NCBI GenBank assembly: GCA_022801925.1
Contig: JAAWTG010000008.1
Location: 2,619-66,618 of the forward strand
Source: Clostridia bacterium
Lineage (GTDB): Bacteria > Bacillota > Clostridia > RUG12999
Length of the DNA: 64,000 nt
Direction of reading: 5' to 3'
Of this stretch, positions 37,826 through 47,206 are shown piece after piece. Under the pieces are notes generated by a model. That model searched no databases and was not told the origin of the DNA. It was given only the letters and a program-made list of their open reading frames with translations. Positions within the stretch are counted from its first letter, which is position 1. Every line of letters starts with the position of its first letter. The position numbers and the translations under genes are program-made.

Positions 37826-39451
37826 ATGAAAAATTGGAAAAAAGCAGTGGCTGTTTTAACAGCGGTAATGATGGTAGGCGCTCTGGCAGCCTGCGGTGGC
37901 GGACAACAGGCAAACGCACCGGTAGAGGAAACAGGCGTAAACCAGACAGGATTCCCGATTGTGAACGACAAAATCACCATTAAAGTAATGGCGCCCAACT
38001 GGAACAACAGCAGAGACTATAATGAAAAGAAAGTCATTCAAAACTATGAAGAAAAAACGAATATTCATGTGGAATGGACTTATTTCACAGGAGATGCTTC
38101 GGAAAAACTGTCTCTTGCATTTGCGGCAAAGAATAACATGCCGGATTGCTTTTTGATGGCAGACCTGCCGTCCAGCACGGTGGATAAATACGGAGCGGAT
38201 GGTGTAATTTTGCCGGTAGAAGATTTAATTGAAAAATATGCGCCCAACATCAAGGCGGCGATTGACGAAGATACAGACGGCAGAAAAATGGCAACGGCAG
38301 CAGACGGACATATGTATGCAGTACCGTCTCTGTACCGCAGTCCGCAGGAACAAATCCGCGGCGAACAGTTCATTAACAAACAATGGCTGGATAAACTGGG
38401 CTTGTCCGTTCCTTCCACAACTGACGAGCTTTATACGGTGCTGAAAGCATTTAAAGAACAAGACCCCAACGGTAATGGACAGGCGGATGAAGTGCCGCTG
38501 GTAATGCAGTGGGATAACAACATCAGTGGTATTGCATCCCTGTTTGGCTCCTGGGGCGTTGGCAGCGCATATACAGGCGCTGGTGGTTCTTGTGAAGCGG
38601 GTCCCTTCTTCATCAAAGATGGGAAAGTGGTTGTAAGCAACATGCAGGAAGAATATAAAGAAGCGGTGAAATTCTTCCATAAATTATATTCCGAAGGTTT
38701 AATTAACATTGATACCTTCACCGGCGAAGCAAAAACCATTGAAGCAAAAATCAAAGCGGAACCCTATACAGCGGGAATGTTCAGCGGATGGGACACAGCC
38801 AGAGCGGGCGTGTTTTCTAAATCCTCTCAATATTATACAGAAGTACCGCCGCTGAAGGGCCCAAAAGGTGAACAGAACGTATTTAAACCGGTTTATGGCG
38901 TTTTTGCCAACAACTATATTTCGGCAACCTCCAAACATCCAATGGCAGTGATGCGCTGGATGGACGGTACGGCAGACCCGGATACTTCTTATGAATGGAA
39001 CACGGGAATGGTTGGAAAAGTGATTGAAAAAATTGATGGAAAATGGCAAAAACTGCCGGTTCCGGAAGGTGAGGACGAAGCGACTTTCCGTGGAAACGAT
39101 GTTTATCAGTTCCCTGTCATGGGTATCACAACAAGATGGTATAAAGAGAATGTCAATTTGACGAGTGAACCGCAGGCACAGTTTAGAATCAAAGTAAATG
39201 AACTCTATCTGCCCTATGCAAGCATGATGTCGGTAGAACATTTACACTATAATGAAAAACAGCGCAAAACACTGGAAGCGGTATTGCCGCAGATTGTGGA
39301 CTATTCCAAACAGAAAGAAGCGGAATGGGTAACAAACGGCAACATTGACGCAGAGTGGGATGCACATATCAAACAACTGCAAAATATGAACATTAGCGAA
39401 GTGCAGAAAATCATGCAGGAGGCATCTGATTATTGGAACAGTATTGATTAA
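37826..39451 (+). CDS. Extracellular solute-binding lipoprotein of a carbohydrate ABC transporter (LplA-like)
   Basis: Lipobox LAACGGG. 540 aa. Immediately follows the two permeases. Confidence 0.8.
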   Translation: MKNWKKAVAVLTAVMMVGALAACGGGQQANAPVEETGVNQTGFPIVNDKITIKVMAPNWNNSRDYNEKKVIQNYEEKTNIHVEWTYFTGDASEKLSLAFAAKNNMPDCFLMADLPSSTVDKYGADGVILPVEDLIEKYAPNIKAAIDEDTDGRKMATAADGHMYAVPSLYRSPQEQIRGEQFINKQWLDKLGLSVPSTTDELYTVLKAFKEQDPNGNGQADEVPLVMQWDNNISGIASLFGSWGVGSAYTGAGGSCEAGPFFIKDGKVVVSNMQEEYKEAVKFFHKLYSEGLINIDTFTGEAKTIEAKIKAEPYTAGMFSGWDTARAGVFSKSSQYYTEVPPLKGPKGEQNVFKPVYGVFANNYISATSKHPMAVMRWMDGTADPDTSYEWNTGMVGKVIEKIDGKWQKLPVPEGEDEATFRGNDVYQFPVMGITTRWYKENVNLTSEPQAQFRIKVNELYLPYASMMSVEHLHYNEKQRKTLEAVLPQIVDYSKQKEAEWVTNGNIDAEWDAHIKQLQNMNISEVQKIMQEASDYWNSID

Positions 39452-39522
39452 GAACTTGAAACATACGGCTTCCCGAACCCTTTTTCGGTTCGGGAAGCAA
39501 TCAGGAAGGGGAGAAAACGGAC

Positions 39523-42500
39523 ATGAAACGACATGCAAAGCGTTTTTGTGGAATACTTTTGCTCACGGCAATGCTGCTGGCAATGATTCCGGCAGGATTT
39601 GCCGCCGCAGCGGGGGTTGCCATGCCAACGGCTGATGTTGCGCCGGGACTCTATAGGGAGACCAAACAGGTTTCGCTGTCGGCAGCGGCAGGTGCAACGA
39701 TTTATTATTCCACAGATAATAAAATGCCGGACGAGACCTGCACAGAATATACAGGTTCCATCACAGTGAGTGAAACCACAAATATTTGTGCCATTGCGGT
39801 GGCAGACGGCGTGAAAAGCGACCCTGTCACGTTTACATACATCATCAAAGATGCAGAAGAACCGATTTTTCAATTTGTAGCAATGAGCGATATTCATATC
39901 GGCGACAGGACAAAAGACGCACCGCGGGTAAAGAAAGCGTTTGATGTGATTCAGTCCATTTTCCCGGAGCCGGATGCGATTGTTCATGTGGGCGACCAAA
40001 TCAACGACAACCACGTTGCCCATCCGGAACAGCCGGATCGCAGTGCAGACCATCAAATTGTGGTTGATATGCTGCAAAAAGAATTGCAAGACCGCAGCTT
40101 GACAGACAAAACCGACGTCAGCATGGTAATGGGAAACCATGACTCGACGGTAAGTAATATGCAGAAATACTATCCGGAAGAGTGGTATCCAACCTCCGGA
40201 CCGGGCTACTATCATAAAGTGATTGACGGCTATGATTTTCTGTTTTTGAACACAGAAAGCGCAAATCAGACGCAAGCAAATTGGTTAAGTGAAAAATTGC
40301 TGGAAATCACGAAAAATAAAACAGAGATGAACAAACCCATTTTTGTGGCGGGACACAGACCACTTGCAGGAACGGTGTTGGACAGCCAATATGCAGTGAA
40401 TGCTCCGGCAATCACGAATGTGTTAGCGGAATATCCGCAGGTAGTGGCGTTTTCGGGACATTCGCATATCAACATGAACGACGAAAAATCCATTCATCAA
40501 AAAAACTATACTTCTTTGAATACAGGTTCCATGAGTTATATTGAAATTGACCGTGGTAACAATTTTCAGATGCACACTAATGCAGGACAAGTGGCATCCT
40601 TTGAAATTCCTGTCACGCAGTGCTACTTTGTGGAAGTCTTTAGTGACCGTGTGGAATTTGACCGCGTGGCAGTGAACGCGGACTGGGGCGATGCCAGACC
40701 GCATTTTATCCCATCTGAACCCTTCAACAATACTGGTGTATCCATTGGAGAACGCTGGACGGTAGATATGACAGGCGACATTAAAAGCAAATTCCAATAT
40801 ACAGCAGAAAAACGAAAAGGCAGCGCGCCGACCTTTGCAGCGGATGCAAAAGTAACAGCAAAAATAGAAGGCGGCAAAGCGCTTGTAACTTTCTCTCAGG
40901 CGGAGGACGTGCAGAAGCTTCGCTATTATGAAGTAGCTATGCGCGATGCAGCAGGAAACGACGTCAAATCCATGAAGGTACTGCCGGAGCACTATTTCTC
41001 ACCGGTACCGCGTACATTAACCTATGAATTTACGGATATTCCGCAGTTTGGCGGCAGTTATACCTTTGGCGTCCGCGGCGTGGATACCTTTGGCAACCGC
41101 TCGGAAGCGATTGTCACGGAAGAAGCGGTGACTGTGCCGAAGTTGCCAGGGATTTTACCGACTTATCTGGTAAACGAGACATTCACCGAGGAACCGACAG
41201 ACGCGGCGACACAAGTAATGCCATTTGTAGACGCATGGAGCGGCGGACAGGCAACAATAAACTACAATAATGGAATGTGCAATCTGGTCAATGGTGGAAA
41301 TACAAACTTTGGTTTGGGAATGCCGCTTATGCCGGGAGATGGAACAACCGCTACGCCGACCGGACCTTTGATGGTAGAATGGGAATGGAAAGACGCTACA
41401 GGTGCAGGGGAAGAAATCCAAGCCTATTTCCGTAATGCGGCGGGTCAAAACTCATTTGTTGTCCGTGCTTATTCCGGTAGCTATAACTGCCGATTCATTA
41501 ATGCAAGCAATGGTTCCGGCAGTAACTGGGGTAGTTCTTCAGCGGCAGGATCCAATGCTATGACCAAGGTGCGGGTGCTGCTGAATAACACAGGAAGTGC
41601 AGCTTATGTAGATGGCGTGTGGCTGAATGGGACACGTATTGTCAGTGAACGTCAGACATTTCTCAGAGATGTTGGCGCTGGATTTTCAAAAATTATTTTC
41701 AGTCACAAGACAAATGGCTCAACGGGCGATACGGTATTTAATATAGATAATCTCAAGGTATGGGTGCCGGCGGCTTCCCAAGCGGCAAAATTAGCGGCGG
41801 AGGACGGTGCGGCGATTACTTTTGACGATATCAAAGGAACCAACGAAGCGGCGAATAATATCACGTCAGACTTGGCGTTGGCGGCGAAAACAGAAACAAC
41901 AAACGGTTTGATTGTCACAGGCTGGAAATCCAGCAATCCAGCAGTCATTGCGGCAGACGGTACTGTAACGCGTCCAGGACTTGGAGAACCGGACACAGAA
42001 GTGACTCTGACACCGATTCTGGGCGTACTGGATTTTGAAAACGAAACAGACGGCAACTATGCTACGGCAGAAGGAACGCCCATCACAGTGACGGTCAAAA
42101 CCACCGACACCACCGGCGGCATTCGTCCGGAGGATGTGAATGGCGTTGGATATTATGTCAACGAAACCTATGACGAGAAACCGACTGACCCACAGACGCA
42201 TTCCATTCCAAGCATTGGCACATGGAGCGGCGGCACGGCAGAATGGACTGTGGAAGATGGAAAACTGGCGATGGTACCGACGTCAACCGGTTATAATTTC
42301 AATATACAAATCCCCTTCATGCCGGGAGAAATGAAAGAAAATATCGTGCCGAAGGGCAAGGTATATATTGATTTTAAATGGCAACATGGTGCAAATGAAA
42401 CACAGACCGACCTTTATGTGCAGGGGTATGCAAGCAATCTTGTGAAGTTGATAGCAAAAAGCGGAAAACTAGAGGTAGCGTATTATGACGCAAGTAATAA

Positions 42501-45500
42501 ACTGCAAACCTATGCAACTTCTGCGAGCGGACTCAATTTTAATCAAATGAATCAGATTAAACTTTTGATGGATGTAAAAGCCGATGGAGCATCCACCTTG
42601 GAAGGCTTTTGGTTAAATGGAACGGAAGTCAAAACGGGATCCGTAACTCTTTATAAGAAAACGGGAACGGAAGATAAAGATATAGAAAGAGGACCGGCCG
42701 GCTTGGTTTCCTCTCGATGGGCAACAACAGGTACAAAACCCTACAAAATGTTAGAGTTTGATTATATGAAAACATGGCAGCCGGTAGAAGAACAGCTTGC
42801 GGCGAAAGCGGCGAAAGCGACGGTTACATTTGACAGCATTAAAGGCGCCAATACAGCGGCAGACAATGTTATGGGGAATCTGAAACTAGGGGGGGCGTCA
42901 TATGAAATTATAAATGGACTTTCTCTGGTCGGATGGAAATCCGGCAACGAAGCTGTTATTAAAGCAGATGGCACTGTAGTACGTCCTGCCTATGGCAGCG
43001 GCGATGTACAGGTGGCGCTGACGCCGGTATTTGCAATGCGCAACAGCGAAAACGAAGATGGCGTTCCCGAACTTGTCAAAGCAGACGGTACGCCGATTAC
43101 CGTAACAGTGAAAGAAGCAGGAAAACCAACGGACTTTAATGTGACATATTTAGTAAATGAAGATTTTGATACTCTGCCAACAGAAGCAGACGCAGCAACC
43201 CGTCCCATTCCGTCTGAATCGGCATGGAGCGGCGCGTCCGCTACGGTTGATGTGGCGGACAGTGCGGCTCGGTTGAAACTGGACGGCGGCATTGCAAAGA
43301 ACACACAAATGAATGTTCCTGTCATGCCGGGAGCAGCAGCAAGTACCATGCCGCGCGGAAAGAATATGATTGAATTTGAATGGAAACATCATGCAAATGC
43401 AACGCAAATCATGGTCTATTTGCAAGGGGCAAACGGACATGTGCTGAGACTGGAAAAGAGCGGGACGAGTACAATTATTAAAAAAGGAACCAACGGCAGT
43501 GCTTTTTCCGATGTAAAAACGTTAAGTAATCAGGTCTTTACAACTGATACAAAAGTCCGTCTGCAAATAGACACTTCGACAGAAGGTAAGACCTATTTGG
43601 AACAATTGTGGATTGGTGGAACACCAAAATTAGACAGTCGCGTGGAATTGTTTGATGCGGGTGATGGATTGAAGCAATTGATGTTTGCGCCCGGAAATAC
43701 GACTACCGGCGTAGGCGATATCGTGTGTAGCGTCAACTACATTAAAGCATGGCAGAGCGCACCGGCGCAGCTTGCAGAATATGTAGCACAAAATCCTGTG
43801 AACGTTACATTTGATAACATTAAAGGCGAGAACACAGCAGCGAACAATGTGACGAGCAATCTGCAAAAAGCAGATTTAGGTAACGGCTTGAAAGTGGTTG
43901 GCTGGAAAACCAGCAACGCGGCAGTCGTTGCGGCGGATGGCACTGTGACACGCCCTGCAAAGGGAAGCGGAGATGTTCAGGTGACTTTAACGCCGATGAT
44001 TGGAACAGAGGATATCACAGGCGAAGGAACAGACGGTTATATTTCTGTAGACGGTACGCCGATTACGGTTACGGTGAAAGAAGCTACGGGAGAAACAACA
44101 CCGACACCGACGGAAACAGCGACACCAACGCCCACGCCAACATCGGATACGCCCACGCCCACGCCGGTACCAGGCGAATCAAAATTGGCATATTTTGTGA
44201 ATGAACCTTTTGATACCCTGCCGACGGCGGCAGATGCGGCAACCAGACCCGTTCCGGTTGTAAGTGATTGGGGCGGAAAAGATTCCATAGTTCGGGTAAC
44301 CGATGGCGCGGTGCAGTTGGTTCGCGGCAGCAAAGCGGCGAACACCTGTCAATTGGACGTGCCGCTTATGACAGGTACCGGCACGGCAAGTATGCCGCGC
44401 GGCGAAAACATGATTGAATTTGAGTGGAACCGCAACAGTAAATCAACGCAAATGGCGGTTTATATCAAGGGCAGCGCAGGACACGCGATGAAACTGAATT
44501 GCACGAATAATTCCATGGCAATTCAAAGCTCCCAAACCGGTAAACCAAATGCCGGTGAATTTACCACCTTGGCAACGGTAGACAATCTCAATTTGGGCAG
44601 CGGCTGGACAAAAGTCCGGTTGAAAATTAATTCAACAGGAACAAGTACCTATCTGGAACAAGTTTGGGTGAACGGCGAAGCGAAACTGTCGTCAAAAGCA
44701 GTGCTGTTTGACGTTGGGCAAGGATTGCAGCAGATGATGTTCTCGCCAGGTAACGGTTCTGTAGGTGCAGGAGAAGTGATTGTCAGCCTGAACTATTTAA
44801 AAACATGGCAAAGCGCAGCGTCTCAAATTGCGGAACTGTCCCAAGGCGCTGTCACCTTTAACGATATCAAAGGTACAAATACGGCGGCAGACGCTGTAAC
44901 AGCAAATCTGGATTTCAGTAAAACGGAAATCGGCGATTTCAGAGTACAGGGCTGGAAATCCTCCAACGAAGACATTATTGCGGCAGACGGCAGCGTGACG
45001 CGTCCGCTGATTACGCAGAACGACGCGCAGGTGGTGCTGACGCCGATACTGGGCATGGCGGACACGACAAACGAAGGCGACGGCACTTGGGTCTATGGCG
45101 ACGGCGCACCCTTGACAGTCACCGTGAAGAAAATGGGCGCGGCGGACGCGGTTGCACGGGTGAAAGCAGAGCTATCCTTTGACGACATCAAAGGTATCAA
45201 CACGGCGGCGGACAGTGTGACGGATAATCTGGACTTTATTCGGGAACTGAACGGCGTAAACATTCAGTGGAGTGTGCAGTCCATGACGCCTTCCACAACA
45301 ACGGCAAAAGTGGACGGCGCAACCGGCATGGTGGTTCGTCCGCAGATGAATGAAAGCGATGTGACCGTTGTATTGCGTGCGGCGCTTACCTGTGAGGGTG
45401 CGTCCGACACCAAAGACATCACGGTAACACTCAAGAAACTGGACGTATCCGCAGAGGAATATCTGCGGCAGTTGGCGGACAGTCTGACCTTTGCGGAAAT

Positions 45501-47127
45501 TGCAGGGGATAACAAAGCAGAGAATCGAATCACAGCGAACCTGCACCTCATTCCTTCTTTCAAGGGAGCGCAGGTGACATGGCAGTCCAGTCAGCCGCAG
45601 ACGGTTGCGGCTGACGGCAGTGTGACACGTCCGGACTATCCGCAGCCATCTGCTGAAGTGCAGCTTACAGCAACGCTGCAAATGGAAGGCGCACAGCCGG
45701 TCACAAAAGTGTTCCGTGTTGTGGTTCTGTCTACCGATTCGGACAACTTAGCATTAGAGAAAACTGTGAAAGTCAACGTAGCAGCGGACGGAGACACCAA
45801 AGCGGCGAACCTGACAGACGGCGACAGAGATACAACCTTCCGCACCAAAGCAGGTGCGAAAGCCTATACGGTGACAATTAATTTGGGCAGTGAAACACCG
45901 TTTAGCAGCTTGGACGTCTATGAAGTCGCAAACGGCGACGGTGTCTATGCGATTGAAGCCTATACAGTTGACATTTCAAATGACGGTAAAACATGGAAAA
46001 CCGTTGCGACAGGCGGCACCATTGGACTGGGCAGCACCATTGCTTTTGATCCGGTAATCGCACAGTATGTACGGTTAAATGTGACCAAAAAGAAATCGGG
46101 CGTGGCGTCGGAGCTGGCAGAAATTGCAGTACGTTTGCAGCCAACAGAGGCGCAGCGTGTGAAAGCGGATATTGAAAATCTGATGCTAGACCTGCCGGAT
46201 ACCATTACGGCAAACAGTATTACTTTGCCGGCAAAAGGTGCGTTTGGTTCGGATATTACATGGACATTTACGCCGGAGGGAATTATCGCTCAGACCGGAA
46301 CGCCGGACGGCAATGGCAATATGACGTATGCAGTGACCCATCCGCAAAACGGACAACGGGTAACGCTCGTTGCAACAGCAAAAAGCGGCGCTGCGGCAGC
46401 GAAAAAGAACTTTAATCGTTCTGTTAGCGGTACCGCTACGAATAACGGAGGCGGCGCAGGTAACAGTGGCGGGGGCAGCGGAAGTGCTTCTGGTGGCAGT
46501 GGCAGCGGCGGCGGAAAAATGCCAAATGTGAATCTTGGAGACCTCAGCGGTGTGGGAACGCCGAGTGGCGCGAACAAACCGTCACAAGAGGGATTCCGCG
46601 ATATGGAACAGGATGCATGGGCAATTCCATATGTCATGAAGCTGTATACGCGCGGCGTGGTACAAGGCGATGAAAACGGAAACTTCCGGCCGGCACAGAG
46701 TGTTAACCGTGAAGAATTTGTAAAAATGCTGGTGCTGGCGCTGGACGTTCCGGAAAGCGAAGCAGACATCGCATTTGCCGATATGGAACAAGGCGCTTGG
46801 TACAGAGATTATATTCAGGCAGCAGTGGCAGCAGGTATTGTCAAAGGCGTATCGGAGGAGCGGTTTGGCGTAGGCGAAACCATCACGCGTGAAGATATGG
46901 CAACGATGATTTACCGTGCGGTGACTTACCTGAAACAAAATATTGGAAATAGTGAACATGCAGCTACCATCACGGATGCGCAGGACATCAGCAGCTATGC
47001 GCAGGAAGCAGTAAGCGCACTGGTGCGCGGTGGCGTTATCAGCGGCAACGAGGCAGGGGAATTCCTGCCGAAAAATCAGTCAACCAGAGCGGAAGCTGCA
47101 AAAATGCTGGCAATGTTGATGCAATAA
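39523..47127 (+). CDS. Giant (2534 aa) SLH-anchored cell-surface protein. Contains a calcineurin-like metallophosphoesterase domain, four tandem roughly 330-aa lectin-like + Ig-like modules, a discoidin-like domain and three C-terminal SLH repeats.
   Basis: Signal peptide. A CHB_HEX_C-like domain (GATIYYSTDNKMPDETCTEYTGSITV). Metallophosphatase motifs (AMSDIHIGD, HVGDQIND, GNHDS, GHSHIN). Repeats start at about 41141, 42142, 43141 and 44187. PT linker. SLH x3 begin at DMEQDAWAIPYV. Confidence 0.8.
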   Translation: MKRHAKRFCGILLLTAMLLAMIPAGFAAAAGVAMPTADVAPGLYRETKQVSLSAAAGATIYYSTDNKMPDETCTEYTGSITVSETTNICAIAVADGVKSDPVTFTYIIKDAEEPIFQFVAMSDIHIGDRTKDAPRVKKAFDVIQSIFPEPDAIVHVGDQINDNHVAHPEQPDRSADHQIVVDMLQKELQDRSLTDKTDVSMVMGNHDSTVSNMQKYYPEEWYPTSGPGYYHKVIDGYDFLFLNTESANQTQANWLSEKLLEITKNKTEMNKPIFVAGHRPLAGTVLDSQYAVNAPAITNVLAEYPQVVAFSGHSHINMNDEKSIHQKNYTSLNTGSMSYIEIDRGNNFQMHTNAGQVASFEIPVTQCYFVEVFSDRVEFDRVAVNADWGDARPHFIPSEPFNNTGVSIGERWTVDMTGDIKSKFQYTAEKRKGSAPTFAADAKVTAKIEGGKALVTFSQAEDVQKLRYYEVAMRDAAGNDVKSMKVLPEHYFSPVPRTLTYEFTDIPQFGGSYTFGVRGVDTFGNRSEAIVTEEAVTVPKLPGILPTYLVNETFTEEPTDAATQVMPFVDAWSGGQATINYNNGMCNLVNGGNTNFGLGMPLMPGDGTTATPTGPLMVEWEWKDATGAGEEIQAYFRNAAGQNSFVVRAYSGSYNCRFINASNGSGSNWGSSSAAGSNAMTKVRVLLNNTGSAAYVDGVWLNGTRIVSERQTFLRDVGAGFSKIIFSHKTNGSTGDTVFNIDNLKVWVPAASQAAKLAAEDGAAITFDDIKGTNEAANNITSDLALAAKTETTNGLIVTGWKSSNPAVIAADGTVTRPGLGEPDTEVTLTPILGVLDFENETDGNYATAEGTPITVTVKTTDTTGGIRPEDVNGVGYYVNETYDEKPTDPQTHSIPSIGTWSGGTAEWTVEDGKLAMVPTSTGYNFNIQIPFMPGEMKENIVPKGKVYIDFKWQHGANETQTDLYVQGYASNLVKLIAKSGKLEVAYYDASNKLQTYATSASGLNFNQMNQIKLLMDVKADGASTLEGFWLNGTEVKTGSVTLYKKTGTEDKDIERGPAGLVSSRWATTGTKPYKMLEFDYMKTWQPVEEQLAAKAAKATVTFDSIKGANTAADNVMGNLKLGGASYEIINGLSLVGWKSGNEAVIKADGTVVRPAYGSGDVQVALTPVFAMRNSENEDGVPELVKADGTPITVTVKEAGKPTDFNVTYLVNEDFDTLPTEADAATRPIPSESAWSGASATVDVADSAARLKLDGGIAKNTQMNVPVMPGAAASTMPRGKNMIEFEWKHHANATQIMVYLQGANGHVLRLEKSGTSTIIKKGTNGSAFSDVKTLSNQVFTTDTKVRLQIDTSTEGKTYLEQLWIGGTPKLDSRVELFDAGDGLKQLMFAPGNTTTGVGDIVCSVNYIKAWQSAPAQLAEYVAQNPVNVTFDNIKGENTAANNVTSNLQKADLGNGLKVVGWKTSNAAVVAADGTVTRPAKGSGDVQVTLTPMIGTEDITGEGTDGYISVDGTPITVTVKEATGETTPTPTETATPTPTPTSDTPTPTPVPGESKLAYFVNEPFDTLPTAADAATRPVPVVSDWGGKDSIVRVTDGAVQLVRGSKAANTCQLDVPLMTGTGTASMPRGENMIEFEWNRNSKSTQMAVYIKGSAGHAMKLNCTNNSMAIQSSQTGKPNAGEFTTLATVDNLNLGSGWTKVRLKINSTGTSTYLEQVWVNGEAKLSSKAVLFDVGQGLQQMMFSPGNGSVGAGEVIVSLNYLKTWQSAASQIAELSQGAVTFNDIKGTNTAADAVTANLDFSKTEIGDFRVQGWKSSNEDIIAADGSVTRPLITQNDAQVVLTPILGMADTTNEGDGTWVYGDGAPLTVTVKKMGAADAVARVKAELSFDDIKGINTAADSVTDNLDFIRELNGVNIQWSVQSMTPSTTTAKVDGATGMVVRPQMNESDVTVVLRAALTCEGASDTKDITVTLKKLDVSAEEYLRQLADSLTFAEIAGDNKAENRITANLHLIPSFKGAQVTWQSSQPQTVAADGSVTRPDYPQPSAEVQLTATLQMEGAQPVTKVFRVVVLSTDSDNLALEKTVKVNVAADGDTKAANLTDGDRDTTFRTKAGAKAYTVTINLGSETPFSSLDVYEVANGDGVYAIEAYTVDISNDGKTWKTVATGGTIGLGSTIAFDPVIAQYVRLNVTKKKSGVASELAEIAVRLQPTEAQRVKADIENLMLDLPDTITANSITLPAKGAFGSDITWTFTPEGIIAQTGTPDGNGNMTYAVTHPQNGQRVTLVATAKSGAAAAKKNFNRSVSGTATNNGGGAGNSGGGSGSASGGSGSGGGKMPNVNLGDLSGVGTPSGANKPSQEGFRDMEQDAWAIPYVMKLYTRGVVQGDENGNFRPAQSVNREEFVKMLVLALDVPESEADIAFADMEQGAWYRDYIQAAVAAGIVKGVSEERFGVGETITREDMATMIYRAVTYLKQNIGNSEHAATITDAQDISSYAQEAVSALVRGGVISGNEAGEFLPKNQSTRAEAAKMLAMLMQ

Positions 47128-47206
47128 AAATGGAGTGGGGGTTTGCGGGAGTTTTCACTCCTGCAAACCCAAAAACGGAATACGCAATTGGGGAGGCTGC
47201 GAAGAA

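Noticed and set aside
41141-45130. Periodic roughly 1-kb repeats in DNA, considered as a possible CRISPR or satellite array
   Set aside because: The repeats are about 1 kb, in frame, and encode homologous protein modules with only about 30-40% identity. They are not short direct repeats with unique spacers.
39448-47127. Numerous 60-280-aa minus-strand ORFs inside the giant SLH gene (e.g. 39448-40275, 40423-40992, 44037-44345, 45172-45681, 46290-46769)
   Set aside because: They are antisense to a continuous 7.6-kb ORF with coherent domain structure. Their composition is repeat-driven (e.g. VGVGVG from the PT linker). No RBSs.
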